A DNA stretch of 64,000 nucleotides from Rhizobiaceae bacterium (GTDB lineage Bacteria > Pseudomonadota > Alphaproteobacteria > Rhizobiales > Rhizobiaceae). The DNA is taken from assembly GCA_965247225.1 (NCBI GenBank), contig CBDFGT010000030.1, positions 17,456 to 81,455 on the forward strand, given 5' to 3'. Under the pieces are notes generated by a model. It was given only the letters and a program-made list of their open reading frames with translations. It had not been told where the DNA came from and did not search any database. The stretch's first letter is position 1. Each line of letters opens with the position of its first letter. Of this stretch, positions 48,249 through 58,131 are shown one piece after another. Position numbers and translations under genes: made by a program.

Positions 48249-49391
48249 ATGGCCCGTATTCGTTTTCACAAAGTCGCTTCGATTGTGGTACTGGCAGCCG
48301 CAGCAGGCTGGATTTTGACCGGAGAGTTCTCCTTTGTGGGCAGTGCCGCTTCGGAAGAAGCAAAACCGGAGGCGGCACCTGTTGCCCAGGCGGGCGAAAA
48401 GGCATTGCGCGTCGTTTCTGCCGTTGCGGTTCCCATCATCGATCATCGGCTGACAATCCGTGTTTCCGGCCAGACAGAAGCCGACAAGCGGGCCGAACTG
48501 GCCGCACGCGCAAGCGGCACCATCACCACCCTCCCCTTCCGGCAAGGGGAACGGGTAAAGGCCGGAGATGTTATCCTGGCAATGGATTCCGAAGAGAAGA
48601 AAATTGCGGTGGATGCCGCAGCCCAGCTGGTATCCCTGCGCCAGGCCCAGGCCGACGCAACACAGAAGCTGGCCAATACCGGAAATGTTGCCAAACTGCA
48701 GCTGGATGCCTCGCGCTCCGACCTGCAGGCGGCCCAGTCGCAATATGAAGCTGCCAAGGCCGAACTGGAACGCACACAGGTGATTGCCCCTTTTGATGGC
48801 ATTATTGACCGCATCAACGTTCAGAACGGTGCATCCATACAGCTCGGTTCACCTGTTGCCACCCTGCTGGCGCTCGACCCGATCGTGGCGACCGGTGAAA
48901 TCTCCGAACGCAATCTCAGCGCAATCAAGATTGGCAGCCCCGCCAATATTCGCCTCGTCAATGGCGATACGGCAACAGGTACGGTGCGCTATATCAGCCG
49001 CGAGGCAACAACGGCTACCCGCACCTACCGCGTGGAAGTGGCCGTGGCGAACCCGGATGCCGCAATCCCCGCAGGCATGACAGCCGAAATTGACCTGATG
49101 TCAGACCCGGTCAAGGCGATCAAGCTGCCGCGCTCGGCTGTAACACTCAATCTCGACGGTGCACTGGGCGTCCGCACGGTCGACAAGGACAACAAGGTCG
49201 TGTTCCTGCCGGTGGATCTCATTGATGATGCAACAGACGCTATCATTCTGACAGGCGTGACCGAAGGCACAAAAATCATCATTTCAGGTCAGGATTTCGT
49301 CACGGATGGCGAGACTGTAACGGTTGTTGCGCCGGACCCGGCAACATTGAAGAAGCTGGCAGCACAGTTTTCCGGCGCGATAACCAGGTAA
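48249..49391 (+). CDS. RND efflux periplasmic adaptor (membrane-fusion protein)
   Basis: N-terminal anchor followed by coiled-coil and barrel segments ('VIAPFDGIIDRINVQNG'). Confidence 0.85.
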   Translation: MARIRFHKVASIVVLAAAAGWILTGEFSFVGSAASEEAKPEAAPVAQAGEKALRVVSAVAVPIIDHRLTIRVSGQTEADKRAELAARASGTITTLPFRQGERVKAGDVILAMDSEEKKIAVDAAAQLVSLRQAQADATQKLANTGNVAKLQLDASRSDLQAAQSQYEAAKAELERTQVIAPFDGIIDRINVQNGASIQLGSPVATLLALDPIVATGEISERNLSAIKIGSPANIRLVNGDTATGTVRYISREATTATRTYRVEVAVANPDAAIPAGMTAEIDLMSDPVKAIKLPRSAVTLNLDGALGVRTVDKDNKVVFLPVDLIDDATDAIILTGVTEGTKIIISGQDFVTDGETVTVVAPDPATLKKLAAQFSGAITR

Positions 49392-49407
49392 GGCGGGAGC
49401 AATTCAA

Positions 49408-52400
49408 ATGGGTCACCTTATTGATCTTGCAATCCGCAATGCGCGGCTGACGATTTCCATCCTGTTCTTTTTCCTGATTTCCGGTGCACTGGCCTACCAG
49501 TCCATTCCAAAGGAAGCCGAACCGGATATCCAGATTCCGATTATCTATGTTTCTTTGTCCTATCAGGGCATTTCTCCGGAAGATTCCGAACGGCTGCTGT
49601 TGCGACCGATGGAAACAAGGCTGAAAACCATCAAGGATATCAAGGAAATGCGGGCTGCAGCCTATCAGGGCGGCGGCTATGTTCTGGTGGAATTCAATGC
49701 CGGGGCCGATCTGGCCAAGGCATTGGACGATGTGCGCTCGAAAGTCAGTGATGCCAAGCGCGACCTGCCGAACGGGGCGGATGAACCAAGCATCAACGAA
49801 GTCAACCTCTCGGAATTTCCGGTTCTGGTTGTAACCTTGTCCGGCGATGCGCCGGAACGTCAGTTGCTGGAAGCGGCCCGCGAACTGAAAAAGCAGATCG
49901 ACGAGGTTGACGGCGTTCTGGAAGCCAAATTGCAGGGCGCACGCGATGATCTGGTCGAGGTGATTATCGATCCCGTCAAGCTCTCCTCTTACGGTCTGAA
50001 GCTCGACCAGCTGGTCGGCGCTGTTGCCGGCTCCAACAGCCTTGTGGCGGCAGGCGCACTGGAAGGCACCGAGGGCCGTTACGCGGTAAAAGTTCCCTCC
50101 CTCATCGAAACGGTGGAAGATGTTGCCAATCTGCCGATTGTGGCCGGGGCCAGCGCCGTGGTGCGCGCCCGTGATCTCGCCACCATCCGCTCGACCTACA
50201 AGGACGCAACCACAATCACCCGCCTCAACGGCAAACCGGCCATTGCCATTGAAGTGTCCAAACGCACCGGTTCCAATCTCATCAATACGGTGGACGCGGT
50301 AAAGAAGGTAGCCGACGCTTACAAGGCGAAGCTTCCGGGCGGCGATATTACCTACAGCCAGGACAAGTCTGAAAACATTCGGCAGATGTTGCACGACCTG
50401 CAGAATTCCGTTCTGACCGCCGTCATTCTGGTGTTCATCGTGATTCTCTATGCGCTTTCGGGCCGGGCATCGCTTTTTATCGGCTTTGCCATTCCGGTCT
50501 CGTTCCTGATGGGGATCCTGTTCCTTTCTCTCGCCGGGTATACGGTCAACCTGGTGGTGCTGTTTGCCCTTATCCTCGCCGTCGGCATGCTGGTGGATGA
50601 TGCCATTATCGTCACCGAATATGCCGAACGGCGCATGAGCGAAGGCATGGACAGGGTGGAGGCCTACAGAACAGCCGCAAAGAAGATGACCGGGCCGGTG
50701 TTTGCCGCCACGCTCACCCGTGTGGCGGCCTTCTCGCCGCTCCTGTTCTGGCCGGGCATTGTTGGCGAATTCATGAAATATATGCCGATCACCCTGATCG
50801 CAACCCTGTCGGCATCCCTTGTCTATGCGCTGGTGTTTACACCGACCCTGGGAGCCATGTTTGCCAAAAAGCCGGATCATGAGGAAGTGCATCGTGATGG
50901 CTGGTATATGGCAACCGTCAAGACGGCCGTGCGCTTTCCCAAAACGGTGCTGATCCTGTGTGTTGCCCTGTTGTTCGGTGTGCAGTTTGCCTATACGAAA
51001 ATCGGCTCCGGTGTTGAATTCTTCCCCAATGTCGAACCGGATTACGGCCTTCTTTATGTCCATGCCCGGGGAAACATGTCGCTGGAGGAAAAAGACACCT
51101 ATGTTCGTATGGCGGAAAGCCGTATTCTCGGCTGGCCGGGTATCAAATCGGTCTACACCCGCGTTGGTGAAGCCGGCGGACAGGGAAATGATGTGGCACC
51201 GGATGTGATCGGCACCATCCAGTATGAATTCATCAACTGGCGTGAACGCAAGCCGGCAGACAAAATTCTGGCCGACCTTCGTGTTGCCATGGCGGGCATT
51301 CCCGGTGTCGATATCGAAGTCTCGGTTCCGGCTGCCGGTCCGCCAACCGGCAAGGCCGTGCAGGTTCGTCTTTCCGCCGCAGACCCGGCGGGCATTGAAG
51401 ATGCAGCCCGCAAGGTGGCCGCCATTCTCAGGGCCGACAATGACATTATTGACATAACCGACGGCCTTCCCATTCCCGGCATAGACTGGGAACTGAAGGT
51501 CAACCGTGCAGAAGCGGCCAGATATGGCATTGGTCCGGCCTCCGTGGGAACCGTCGTGCAATTGGTCACATCAGGTCTGAAACTGTCGGAATATCGCCCG
51601 GCCGGTTCTGACGACAGCGTTGACATCCGCCTGCGCCTGCCGGAAGACCGCCGTACACTGGGAACGCTGGACCAGTTGCGGGTGGAAACCACGCAGGGCT
51701 CGGTTCCGATTTCCAATTTTGTCACCCGCGAGGCGGCCCATTCTGTGGGAACCCTGAACCGCATTGATGGCGAACGCACCATCACCGTCCAGGCCAATGT
51801 CAGGGAAGGCGTCCAGGCTTCCGTTGTCCAGGACAGGGTCAGGGCCGCGCTGGAAAAAGAGGATTTTGGCAAGATCGGCTGGCAACTGGTAGGCTCGGAC
51901 AAGGAAAGTGCCGATGCATCGGCTTTCCTGTCCAAAGCCTTTGGTGCAGCCATTTTCCTCATCTTCGTGGTTCTCCTGGCCCAGTTCAACAATTTCACCT
52001 CTGTGTGGCTGGTCCTGTCTGCCGTGCTCATGTCGACAATAGGCGTGTTCCTGGGTCTGATGATCACCGGCAAGCCCTTCTCGATTGTCATGTCGGGGAT
52101 CGGGGTCATTGCGCTGGCAGGTGTCGTGGTCAACAACAATATCGTGCTGATCGATACCTATGACACGCTGCGTCACGAGGGCATGGCAAAGCTGGACGCC
52201 ATTCTGCAAACCTGCCGCGAACGCGCAAGGCCGGTGGTGCTGACGGCGGCAACCGCCATTCTGGGCGTCCTGCCGATTGCCTTTGGCATCAATCTGGAAA
52301 TCCTTTCGCATGAGACAACCATTGGAGCGCCATCCACCCAATGGTGGATTGCCCTTTCGAGTGCCATCGTCTTCGGTCTGGCCTTCTCGACCATCCTGAC

Positions 52401-52533
52401 GCTGATTGTCACGCCCTCGGCCCTGATGGTGTTTACCCGCGGCGCTCCGCGAAAGCCGGGGGAACCCGGCTTCTGGGCCCGCCTGTTCCGCCGCAAGCCC
52501 AAACCTGCGCTATCGGCACAGCCTGCGGAGTAA
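49408..52533 (+). CDS. RND efflux transporter permease (AcrB/AcrD/AcrF family)
   Basis: 1041 aa with a duplicated 6-TM/large-loop architecture ('LAVGMLVDDAIIV'). Confidence 0.9.
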   Translation: MGHLIDLAIRNARLTISILFFFLISGALAYQSIPKEAEPDIQIPIIYVSLSYQGISPEDSERLLLRPMETRLKTIKDIKEMRAAAYQGGGYVLVEFNAGADLAKALDDVRSKVSDAKRDLPNGADEPSINEVNLSEFPVLVVTLSGDAPERQLLEAARELKKQIDEVDGVLEAKLQGARDDLVEVIIDPVKLSSYGLKLDQLVGAVAGSNSLVAAGALEGTEGRYAVKVPSLIETVEDVANLPIVAGASAVVRARDLATIRSTYKDATTITRLNGKPAIAIEVSKRTGSNLINTVDAVKKVADAYKAKLPGGDITYSQDKSENIRQMLHDLQNSVLTAVILVFIVILYALSGRASLFIGFAIPVSFLMGILFLSLAGYTVNLVVLFALILAVGMLVDDAIIVTEYAERRMSEGMDRVEAYRTAAKKMTGPVFAATLTRVAAFSPLLFWPGIVGEFMKYMPITLIATLSASLVYALVFTPTLGAMFAKKPDHEEVHRDGWYMATVKTAVRFPKTVLILCVALLFGVQFAYTKIGSGVEFFPNVEPDYGLLYVHARGNMSLEEKDTYVRMAESRILGWPGIKSVYTRVGEAGGQGNDVAPDVIGTIQYEFINWRERKPADKILADLRVAMAGIPGVDIEVSVPAAGPPTGKAVQVRLSAADPAGIEDAARKVAAILRADNDIIDITDGLPIPGIDWELKVNRAEAARYGIGPASVGTVVQLVTSGLKLSEYRPAGSDDSVDIRLRLPEDRRTLGTLDQLRVETTQGSVPISNFVTREAAHSVGTLNRIDGERTITVQANVREGVQASVVQDRVRAALEKEDFGKIGWQLVGSDKESADASAFLSKAFGAAIFLIFVVLLAQFNNFTSVWLVLSAVLMSTIGVFLGLMITGKPFSIVMSGIGVIALAGVVVNNNIVLIDTYDTLRHEGMAKLDAILQTCRERARPVVLTAATAILGVLPIAFGINLEILSHETTIGAPSTQWWIALSSAIVFGLAFSTILTLIVTPSALMVFTRGAPRKPGEPGFWARLFRRKPKPALSAQPAE

Positions 52534-52556
52534 AACCCGGATTCAAACGTGTAAAG

Positions 52557-52581
52557 ACAGCGGCCGCAGCGCCGCTGTTTT
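52557..52581 (+). terminator. Rho-independent terminator after the RND gene
   Basis: ACAGCGGC-CGCAGC-GCCGCTGT followed by TTT. Confidence 0.7.
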
Positions 52582-52746
52582 CATGTCTTGCCAGGGCGTC
52601 GGGCACGCCGGATCGTTTATGACAGCCCTTTGCGTCATCAGTATTCGCTATTGACCGGCTAAAACCGCGAGTTTTTAATTTTTCTTTAGAAGTTTTAAAT
52701 ATGTATATTCTGTAAACGCAGCCATTGGTGCAATAATGCCCAGGGT

Positions 52747-54726
52747 TTGACACATAAACGAAAGAAGTGGGCACCATTCATGCTTGTTCGTTTGATGCGT
52801 GCAACAACATTGCGGCGGGATCAACCAAAACTGTTGTTTGCGCAGGTTGAAGCATTGAAAGTTCGGGTGCCTATTGTCTACGTGTTGCTGATCACCAACG
52901 CAGCGGCAGTCTCGGCAACCCATATCGGTACAGCGCCTTTCTGGCTGGCAGCCTATATCCCGGGCATTATCGGCCTTCTCTCTGTCATGCGGATTTTCTG
53001 GTGGAAAAAGCTGAACCTCTTTGGCATCAGTGTCGATGAGGCCTGTGACATCCTGAACCGGACGACGAGGCTGGCTGTAGGTCTGACGATCATTTTCGCT
53101 GCCTGGGCTGTTGCCCTTTATACTTACGGAAATGCCTATCAGCAGGGTCAGATCGCCTATTTTCTGGTAGTGGCCGGTATTTCGTGCGTTTTCTGCCTGA
53201 TACATCTGCCCGCGGCGGCTATCCTGACAGCGGCGATTACGTTCAACGCCATGATCTTCACATTCCTGTTTTCAGGAAACACCGTGTTCATTGCCACGGC
53301 GCTGAGCGTGATCTTCCTGTCCTATTCGTTTTATACCGTCATTTTAAGCTATTACGAAAACTTTGCCTCGCTGGTGGAACTGACAGAGACACTTGAAAAA
53401 AAGCACACTGAACTGGAAATACTCAACGAGGTCAACAGCTACAATTCACTGCATGACCAGCTGACGGGCCTGCTCAACCGGCGTGGCTTTTTTGAGCACC
53501 TGGACACGATCCTGAACAGTCCGGATGCAAAGCCCACTGTAGCCCTGGTGGATCTGGATGGTTTCAAACCCGTCAATGATACATTTGGCCATGCCGCAGG
53601 TGACCATGTTCTTCAGGAATCCGCCAGACGCTTTCAGGAAATCATCGGCAACCGCGGACTTGTGGCAAGGCTCGGCGGCGATGAATTCGGCTTTATACTG
53701 TCGGAGGAGCTTGATCAGGAAACCGTGGCAAGGCTGGCAAGCGGGTTGTGTGACGCGCTTCGTGCGCCTTTCGATATACCTGATGGTTCTGTCACCATTT
53801 CCGGCTCCTGTGGCGTGGTCTATTCAACATCAAAAATGCGCACCAGCGAAGACATGTATGACAGTGCGGATTTCGTTCTCTATCAGGTCAAGGAAAAATC
53901 CGGCGGATCCGTGGAATTCTTCTCGCAATCCCATCAGGAAATCCTTGGCCGCAACCAGGCCATTGAGATGGCGCTCCAGTCAGACCAGCTTTCACGGGAG
54001 CTCTCCCTGGTGTATCAGCCGGTGCTGGACCTGCGCACAGGCAAGGTTGTCGGTTTCGAGGCTTTGGCGCGCTGGTTCAACCCTGATCTGGGCCATGTGG
54101 CACCGGGTGAATTCATTCCGCTGGCAGAGCGCAACGGCGTGATCAACCGTATCACACTGCTCTTGCTGGATCAGGCGCTGGATGCCCTGAAAGCAATTCC
54201 TGCCGGTCTGCGCATGTCCTTCAATCTGTCCGCCCGTGACATATCCGACAAGAATGCAGCCATCGCCATTCTCGCAGCCATCCACGCAAAAGCGGCAGAT
54301 GCAGGCAGGCTGGATCTGGAAATCACCGAGACCGCGCTCCTGTCCAATTTTGAGAACTGTTCGGAAAATATCCATCTTCTGCGCTCTGCAGGCATTTCAA
54401 TCTCGCTGGATGATTTCGGCATAGGCTTTTCCAGCCTCAGCCACATCCACCAGTTTGAATTCGACAAGCTTAAAATTGACCGCAGCTTTGTCATGGGCGT
54501 GGACACCCACGTCAAGAGCCGCAATATCATCCGCTCGATTGCCAGCCTGTGCAAGGGGCTGAAAATCACATCTGTGGCAGAAGGCATTGAAACCGAAGAG
54601 GCGCTTGAAAAAATCAGGACGCTCGGCGTCAGGCACGGCCAGGGCTATTATTTCTCAAGGCCGCTGCAACTGGCCGATGCCATAAAATTTGCCACTGAGC
54701 ATCAGGGTGTTCAGGACGCGGCGTGA
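52747..54726 (+). CDS. Membrane-anchored GGDEF-EAL (diguanylate cyclase/phosphodiesterase) protein
   Basis: Hydrophobic N-terminal third. 'RLGGDEFGFIL' and 'GFEALARW', both motifs intact. Start is uncertain (52747 or 52780). Confidence 0.85.
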   Translation: MTHKRKKWAPFMLVRLMRATTLRRDQPKLLFAQVEALKVRVPIVYVLLITNAAAVSATHIGTAPFWLAAYIPGIIGLLSVMRIFWWKKLNLFGISVDEACDILNRTTRLAVGLTIIFAAWAVALYTYGNAYQQGQIAYFLVVAGISCVFCLIHLPAAAILTAAITFNAMIFTFLFSGNTVFIATALSVIFLSYSFYTVILSYYENFASLVELTETLEKKHTELEILNEVNSYNSLHDQLTGLLNRRGFFEHLDTILNSPDAKPTVALVDLDGFKPVNDTFGHAAGDHVLQESARRFQEIIGNRGLVARLGGDEFGFILSEELDQETVARLASGLCDALRAPFDIPDGSVTISGSCGVVYSTSKMRTSEDMYDSADFVLYQVKEKSGGSVEFFSQSHQEILGRNQAIEMALQSDQLSRELSLVYQPVLDLRTGKVVGFEALARWFNPDLGHVAPGEFIPLAERNGVINRITLLLLDQALDALKAIPAGLRMSFNLSARDISDKNAAIAILAAIHAKAADAGRLDLEITETALLSNFENCSENIHLLRSAGISISLDDFGIGFSSLSHIHQFEFDKLKIDRSFVMGVDTHVKSRNIIRSIASLCKGLKITSVAEGIETEEALEKIRTLGVRHGQGYYFSRPLQLADAIKFATEHQGVQDAA

Positions 54727-54786
54727 GAGCGGGCCCATGATGATGGTTGGCTCTCTCATGGTCGGGTCGCCAGCATATTCGATTTC

Positions 54787-54816
54787 ATACCCGATTATAC
54801 CCGATTATACCCGATA
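54787..54816. repeat. 10-bp tandem repeat ATACCCGATT x3
   Basis: Read directly from the sequence. The last base of the third copy differs. Confidence 0.9.
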
Positions 54817-55009
54817 CTTCCACCTCCTCCGAACATCGCAGGCAGAAAATCATGCCCCGCACCTCCAGGCTGGCACCGACAGGCTGGGACGCCCGGGATA
54901 GCAACAGCCGTAACGCACCTTGACGCGAAATGCAGAATCGAACAGTTCAGTGCGCTACACTTGGATATTTCACCGAAATATCCATGCAAGTCATTGATTT
55001 TATTAAGTT

Positions 55010-55085
55010 TGGTAGGCCCGGAGGGACTCGAACCCCCAACCAAGCGGTTATGAGCCGCTGGCTCTAACCATTGAGCTACAGGCCC
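55010..55085 (-). tRNA. tRNA with CAU anticodon (Met, or Ile2 if lysidine-modified)
   Basis: The 76-nt cloverleaf folds by hand: GGGCCTG/TA/GCTC-AATGGTTA-GAGC/C/AGCGG-CTCATAA-CCGCT/TGGTT/GGGGG-TTCGAGT-CCCTC/CGGGCCT/A/CCA. The D-loop and variable loop resemble E. coli ileX (from memory). Confidence 0.9.
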
Positions 55086-55246
55086 ACGGCGAAACGAGGT
55101 TTCGCAGTTGCAAGGCAATGGTACAGTGCAACGGTGCCCGTCTAGCCCAATTCGTGCGCCACGACAAGCCTTTGCCGTAAAAGCTACACAATCAATTGGG
55201 AAGAAGACTCGTATACCATATTGAAATGCCATAGGGGAGAGTTGCC

Positions 55247-55999
55247 ATGCGCTGCGAACGGAACAAGAAATGGATGATGGCCACGGTTATTGGCCTGTCG
55301 GCGCTGGGCGCGGTCTCAGCCCCGGCATTCGCCGAAGACAAGCCGCCGCGCGAGGCTGTCATCATTGTCTCGGGCGAGGGTGAGGCCAGCGTCACCCCCG
55401 ATATGGCCCTGGTGAGCCTGAGCGTCGTGCGCATGGAAAAGACCGCCCGCGCCGCTCTTGACGCCAATAATGCGGCCATGTCCGCCGTGATCGATGCCAT
55501 GAAAAAGGCAGGCATTGCCCCGCGTGATATCCAGACATCCGGCTTTTCCATGGATGCGCTCTATGATTATCCGCAGGATGACAAGGGCGTTGCCCTGCCG
55601 CCGGTTCTGCGCGGCTATCAGGTTTCCAATGGCCTGACACTGCGCATCCGCGATCTCACCAAAATTGGCAACATCATGGATCAGGCCGTGACACTGGGTG
55701 TCAACCAGGGCGGCGGCATTGCCTTTACCAATGACAATCCGAAAGCAACGATTGAAGCCGCGCGCAAGGCCGCCATGGAAGACGCCATGGCCAAGGCCAG
55801 GCTTCTCACGCAGACAGCCGGGGTGAAACTGGGTCGGGTGATCGAGATTTCCGAAGGCGGCCCGCCCCCGATGCCACAGCCGGTCGCCATGGCAATGACG
55901 AAGATGGCAGCAGCCTCCGAGGCAGACCGCGTGCCTGTGGAAGCCGGTGAAAACCGCTACCACATCACCGTCAATGTCACATTCGGTATCAATCAGTAA
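55247..55999 (+). CDS. SIMPL-domain periplasmic protein (BP26/Omp28-like, DUF541)
   Basis: Signal peptide, then 'VSGEGEASVTPDMALVSLSV...GYQVSNGLTLRIRDL'. SD GGGGAGAG upstream. Confidence 0.85.
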   Translation: MRCERNKKWMMATVIGLSALGAVSAPAFAEDKPPREAVIIVSGEGEASVTPDMALVSLSVVRMEKTARAALDANNAAMSAVIDAMKKAGIAPRDIQTSGFSMDALYDYPQDDKGVALPPVLRGYQVSNGLTLRIRDLTKIGNIMDQAVTLGVNQGGGIAFTNDNPKATIEAARKAAMEDAMAKARLLTQTAGVKLGRVIEISEGGPPPMPQPVAMAMTKMAAASEADRVPVEAGENRYHITVNVTFGINQ

Positions 56000-56008
56000 T
56001 CCTGCGCA

Positions 56009-56029
56009 GCGCCCGGTGCAACCGGGCGC
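56009..56029. terminator. GC hairpin GCGCCCGG-TGCAA-CCGGGCGC between convergent genes
   Basis: Perfect 8-bp stem with no clear U-tract on either strand. Confidence 0.35.
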
Positions 56030-56040
56030 GGATTCATGGA

Positions 56041-56487
56041 TCAGCGATAGGCAACCGGGCAACCCGGTACATTGCCAAAAATGATACGGGCACGTCCGCC
56101 ATGCTGGCGGCCTTCCACCACAAGCTTGCGCCGGTCAATGGACACGACACCGGGACGGCGCAAACCATAATCGCGGGCTATATCTACAGCCTCTTCCGGG
56201 TCGCAGCCGCCACGCGGACGACGGCGATAGACCTCATCCCCACCCTGATTGCCGAAATAACGGCGATCATCACCGCGTGGTCGGTAACGGGGATCATCAC
56301 CGCGTGGTCCGTTGCGAAAGCCCGGATCATCGCCCAGAAAGACCTCTCTGTCGCCAGGAACCTCTGGCCCGCCCCCGATGATCATTCCAAAGGAAAAATC
56401 ATCGGCAGAGGCCGTCATTGGCAGGCAGGTCATGAGGCCAGCGCCCATCATCGTGGCAAGAACGGTGTTTTTCACAAAAGTCTTCAT
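56041..56487 (-). CDS. Secreted hypothetical protein, paralogue 1 (Cys-bracketed C-terminal domain)
   Basis: Signal peptide 'MKTFVKNTVLATMMGAGLMTCLPMTASA'. The C-terminus '...CDPEEAVDIARDYGLRRPGVVSIDRRKLVVEGRQHGGRARIIFGNVPGCPVAYR' is shared with 56682..57047. Confidence 0.65.
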   Translation of the reverse strand: MKTFVKNTVLATMMGAGLMTCLPMTASADDFSFGMIIGGGPEVPGDREVFLGDDPGFRNGPRGDDPRYRPRGDDRRYFGNQGGDEVYRRRPRGGCDPEEAVDIARDYGLRRPGVVSIDRRKLVVEGRQHGGRARIIFGNVPGCPVAYR

Positions 56488-56681
56488 GTCGCTCTCCGGT
56501 CCTGCCAAGGGCAGGGCGTGTGTTTGAATGGGGTCATCAGGCAGATATACCATCACACTACCATAGCTTTGCGTGCGCAACAGCGCCATGGCCATGATGG
56601 CAGCACATTTATTCTGTCATCCGCCATTGGCAGGAAACGGCGGAGGAAACCGGCAGGCAGGCAGTTTCAAAAAAAAGACGC

Positions 56682-57047
56682 TCAGCGATAGACGACAGGG
56701 CAACCGCGCACATTGGCAAACACGATTCTGGCCCAGCCGCCGCGCTGGCGGCCTTCCACCACAACCTTGCGCGGGTCGGCGCGCACAACACGCGGATGGC
56801 GGAAACCATAGTCGCGTGCGGTTTCCACGGCCTGCCATTCGTTGCAGCCGCGACCCGGACGTCCAAAGCCCGGACGGTCATAGTCATGAAAAGAACGACC
56901 GTCGCCCCAATGATGCAGGCGCGGGCCACCATTGCCAATGCCGAACTCGAAGGAGAAGCCGTCAGCCGAAGCCGTGGCAGGAAGGGCAGCCAGAGCCGAA
57001 AGGCCGATCAAACCGGCCACGACCGTTTTCTTTACAAGGTTCATCAT
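56682..57047 (-). CDS. Secreted hypothetical protein, paralogue 2
   Basis: Signal peptide 'MMNLVKKTVVAGLIGLSALAALPATASA'. C-terminus '...CNEWQAVETARDYGFRHPRVVRADPRKVVVEGRQRGGWARIVFANVRGCPVVYR'. Confidence 0.7.
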   Translation of the reverse strand: MMNLVKKTVVAGLIGLSALAALPATASADGFSFEFGIGNGGPRLHHWGDGRSFHDYDRPGFGRPGRGCNEWQAVETARDYGFRHPRVVRADPRKVVVEGRQRGGWARIVFANVRGCPVVYR

Positions 57048-57396
57048 GTCAAGCTCCTGTCCGTTGAGGTCAATACCTCTTGTTGCGATGCTTGTGAAAA
57101 TAGACCCGTGAAGCTGAACCGGACCGGAATCCCCCGTTCATGTGACGTTCAGGAAAGTGGTGCAAACACGCCTGCCCCCTGGAGGAAATGTAGAGCTAAA
57201 ACAGAACAATAGCCCCGGGGCGCTTGCAAGCGGGTTGCGGACGGTGTCTTGCTGAAAATATCGTCATCAGGCATTGTGCATATCCAAACTGTCGCTTGGA
57301 TTCGGCATACCGTCCCAAAACACGCGACTTAGCGCCCGTAGGGAATTTCACGATGTCGTCCGGATTACGAACAGACCAAACGTTGCTGGAGAGTCG

Positions 57397-57882
57397 CTAC
57401 CGCCAGAATCCTTCATGCACCTGCGCAGCCTCATCCTCAAGCAAAGGGCCAACAATCTCGACTGCGCGACGGCTATGCCGAAACATTTCACGGCAGGTGA
57501 AGTCGTTCGGGGGCAGTGGCGGGCCGTTGTTGCCAATATTCCGCAGCCTTGCCTGCGAGAGGCCATAGACGATTCGCCCCACTCCGACCCAACGCGCGGC
57601 AGTCGCACACATGGAGCATGGCTCGGTACTGGCATACATAGTCGCCTTCGACAACATTTCTTGATCAAAACGCATTGAGGCAAGTGACAAGAGATTTCTC
57701 TCCGCGTGCCCGGTCAGATCGCCGGAAAGAACGACTGTGTTTTCAGCTTCCAGAAGCGTTTGTCCAGTAACCGAAATCAAGACAGCTCCGAACGGGTGAT
57801 TTCCCTTTTCTCTTGACGTTCGCGCAAGTCCAAATGCCTTGCGAAGATCTCGCGCATCGTTCTCATCGGTCCAGCAGCGCAT
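57397..57882 (-). CDS. CMP/dCMP-type zinc deaminase (nucleoside/guanine deaminase family)
   Basis: 'HAERN' and 'PCSMC' zinc motifs. Start is set at the inner ATG 57882; the listed ORF extends to 58083. Confidence 0.75.
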   Translation of the reverse strand: MRCWTDENDARDLRKAFGLARTSREKGNHPFGAVLISVTGQTLLEAENTVVLSGDLTGHAERNLLSLASMRFDQEMLSKATMYASTEPCSMCATAARWVGVGRIVYGLSQARLRNIGNNGPPLPPNDFTCREMFRHSRRAVEIVGPLLEDEAAQVHEGFWR

Positions 57883-58131
57883 CAGATTATTTCTTTCACA
57901 GAACGTTTCATAAAACCCTGAATATCGCCCGAAATCTCTCTGAACGATTCCTGACGTTGATCGCACATGATAGATTCCTGGCATGGCAAATCTTTTGGGA
58001 ACGGATTGGTCGCAATTGCCCCCTCTTCGTTCCAAGCCCTTGGGTAATACTGATAGCCGCAATCGGCAAATGCTGATTGTCATATTGGCGATGCGCCCAG
58101 TGCGTAACGCCTTTCATCACTGACGCAATTG

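Noticed and set aside
49300-51561. 753-aa ORF on the minus strand
   Set aside because: It is antisense to the RND permease gene. Same reasoning as the other shadow ORFs.
54787-54816. Possible CRISPR or minisatellite
   Set aside because: There are only three 10-bp units with no spacers, so it is not a CRISPR array.
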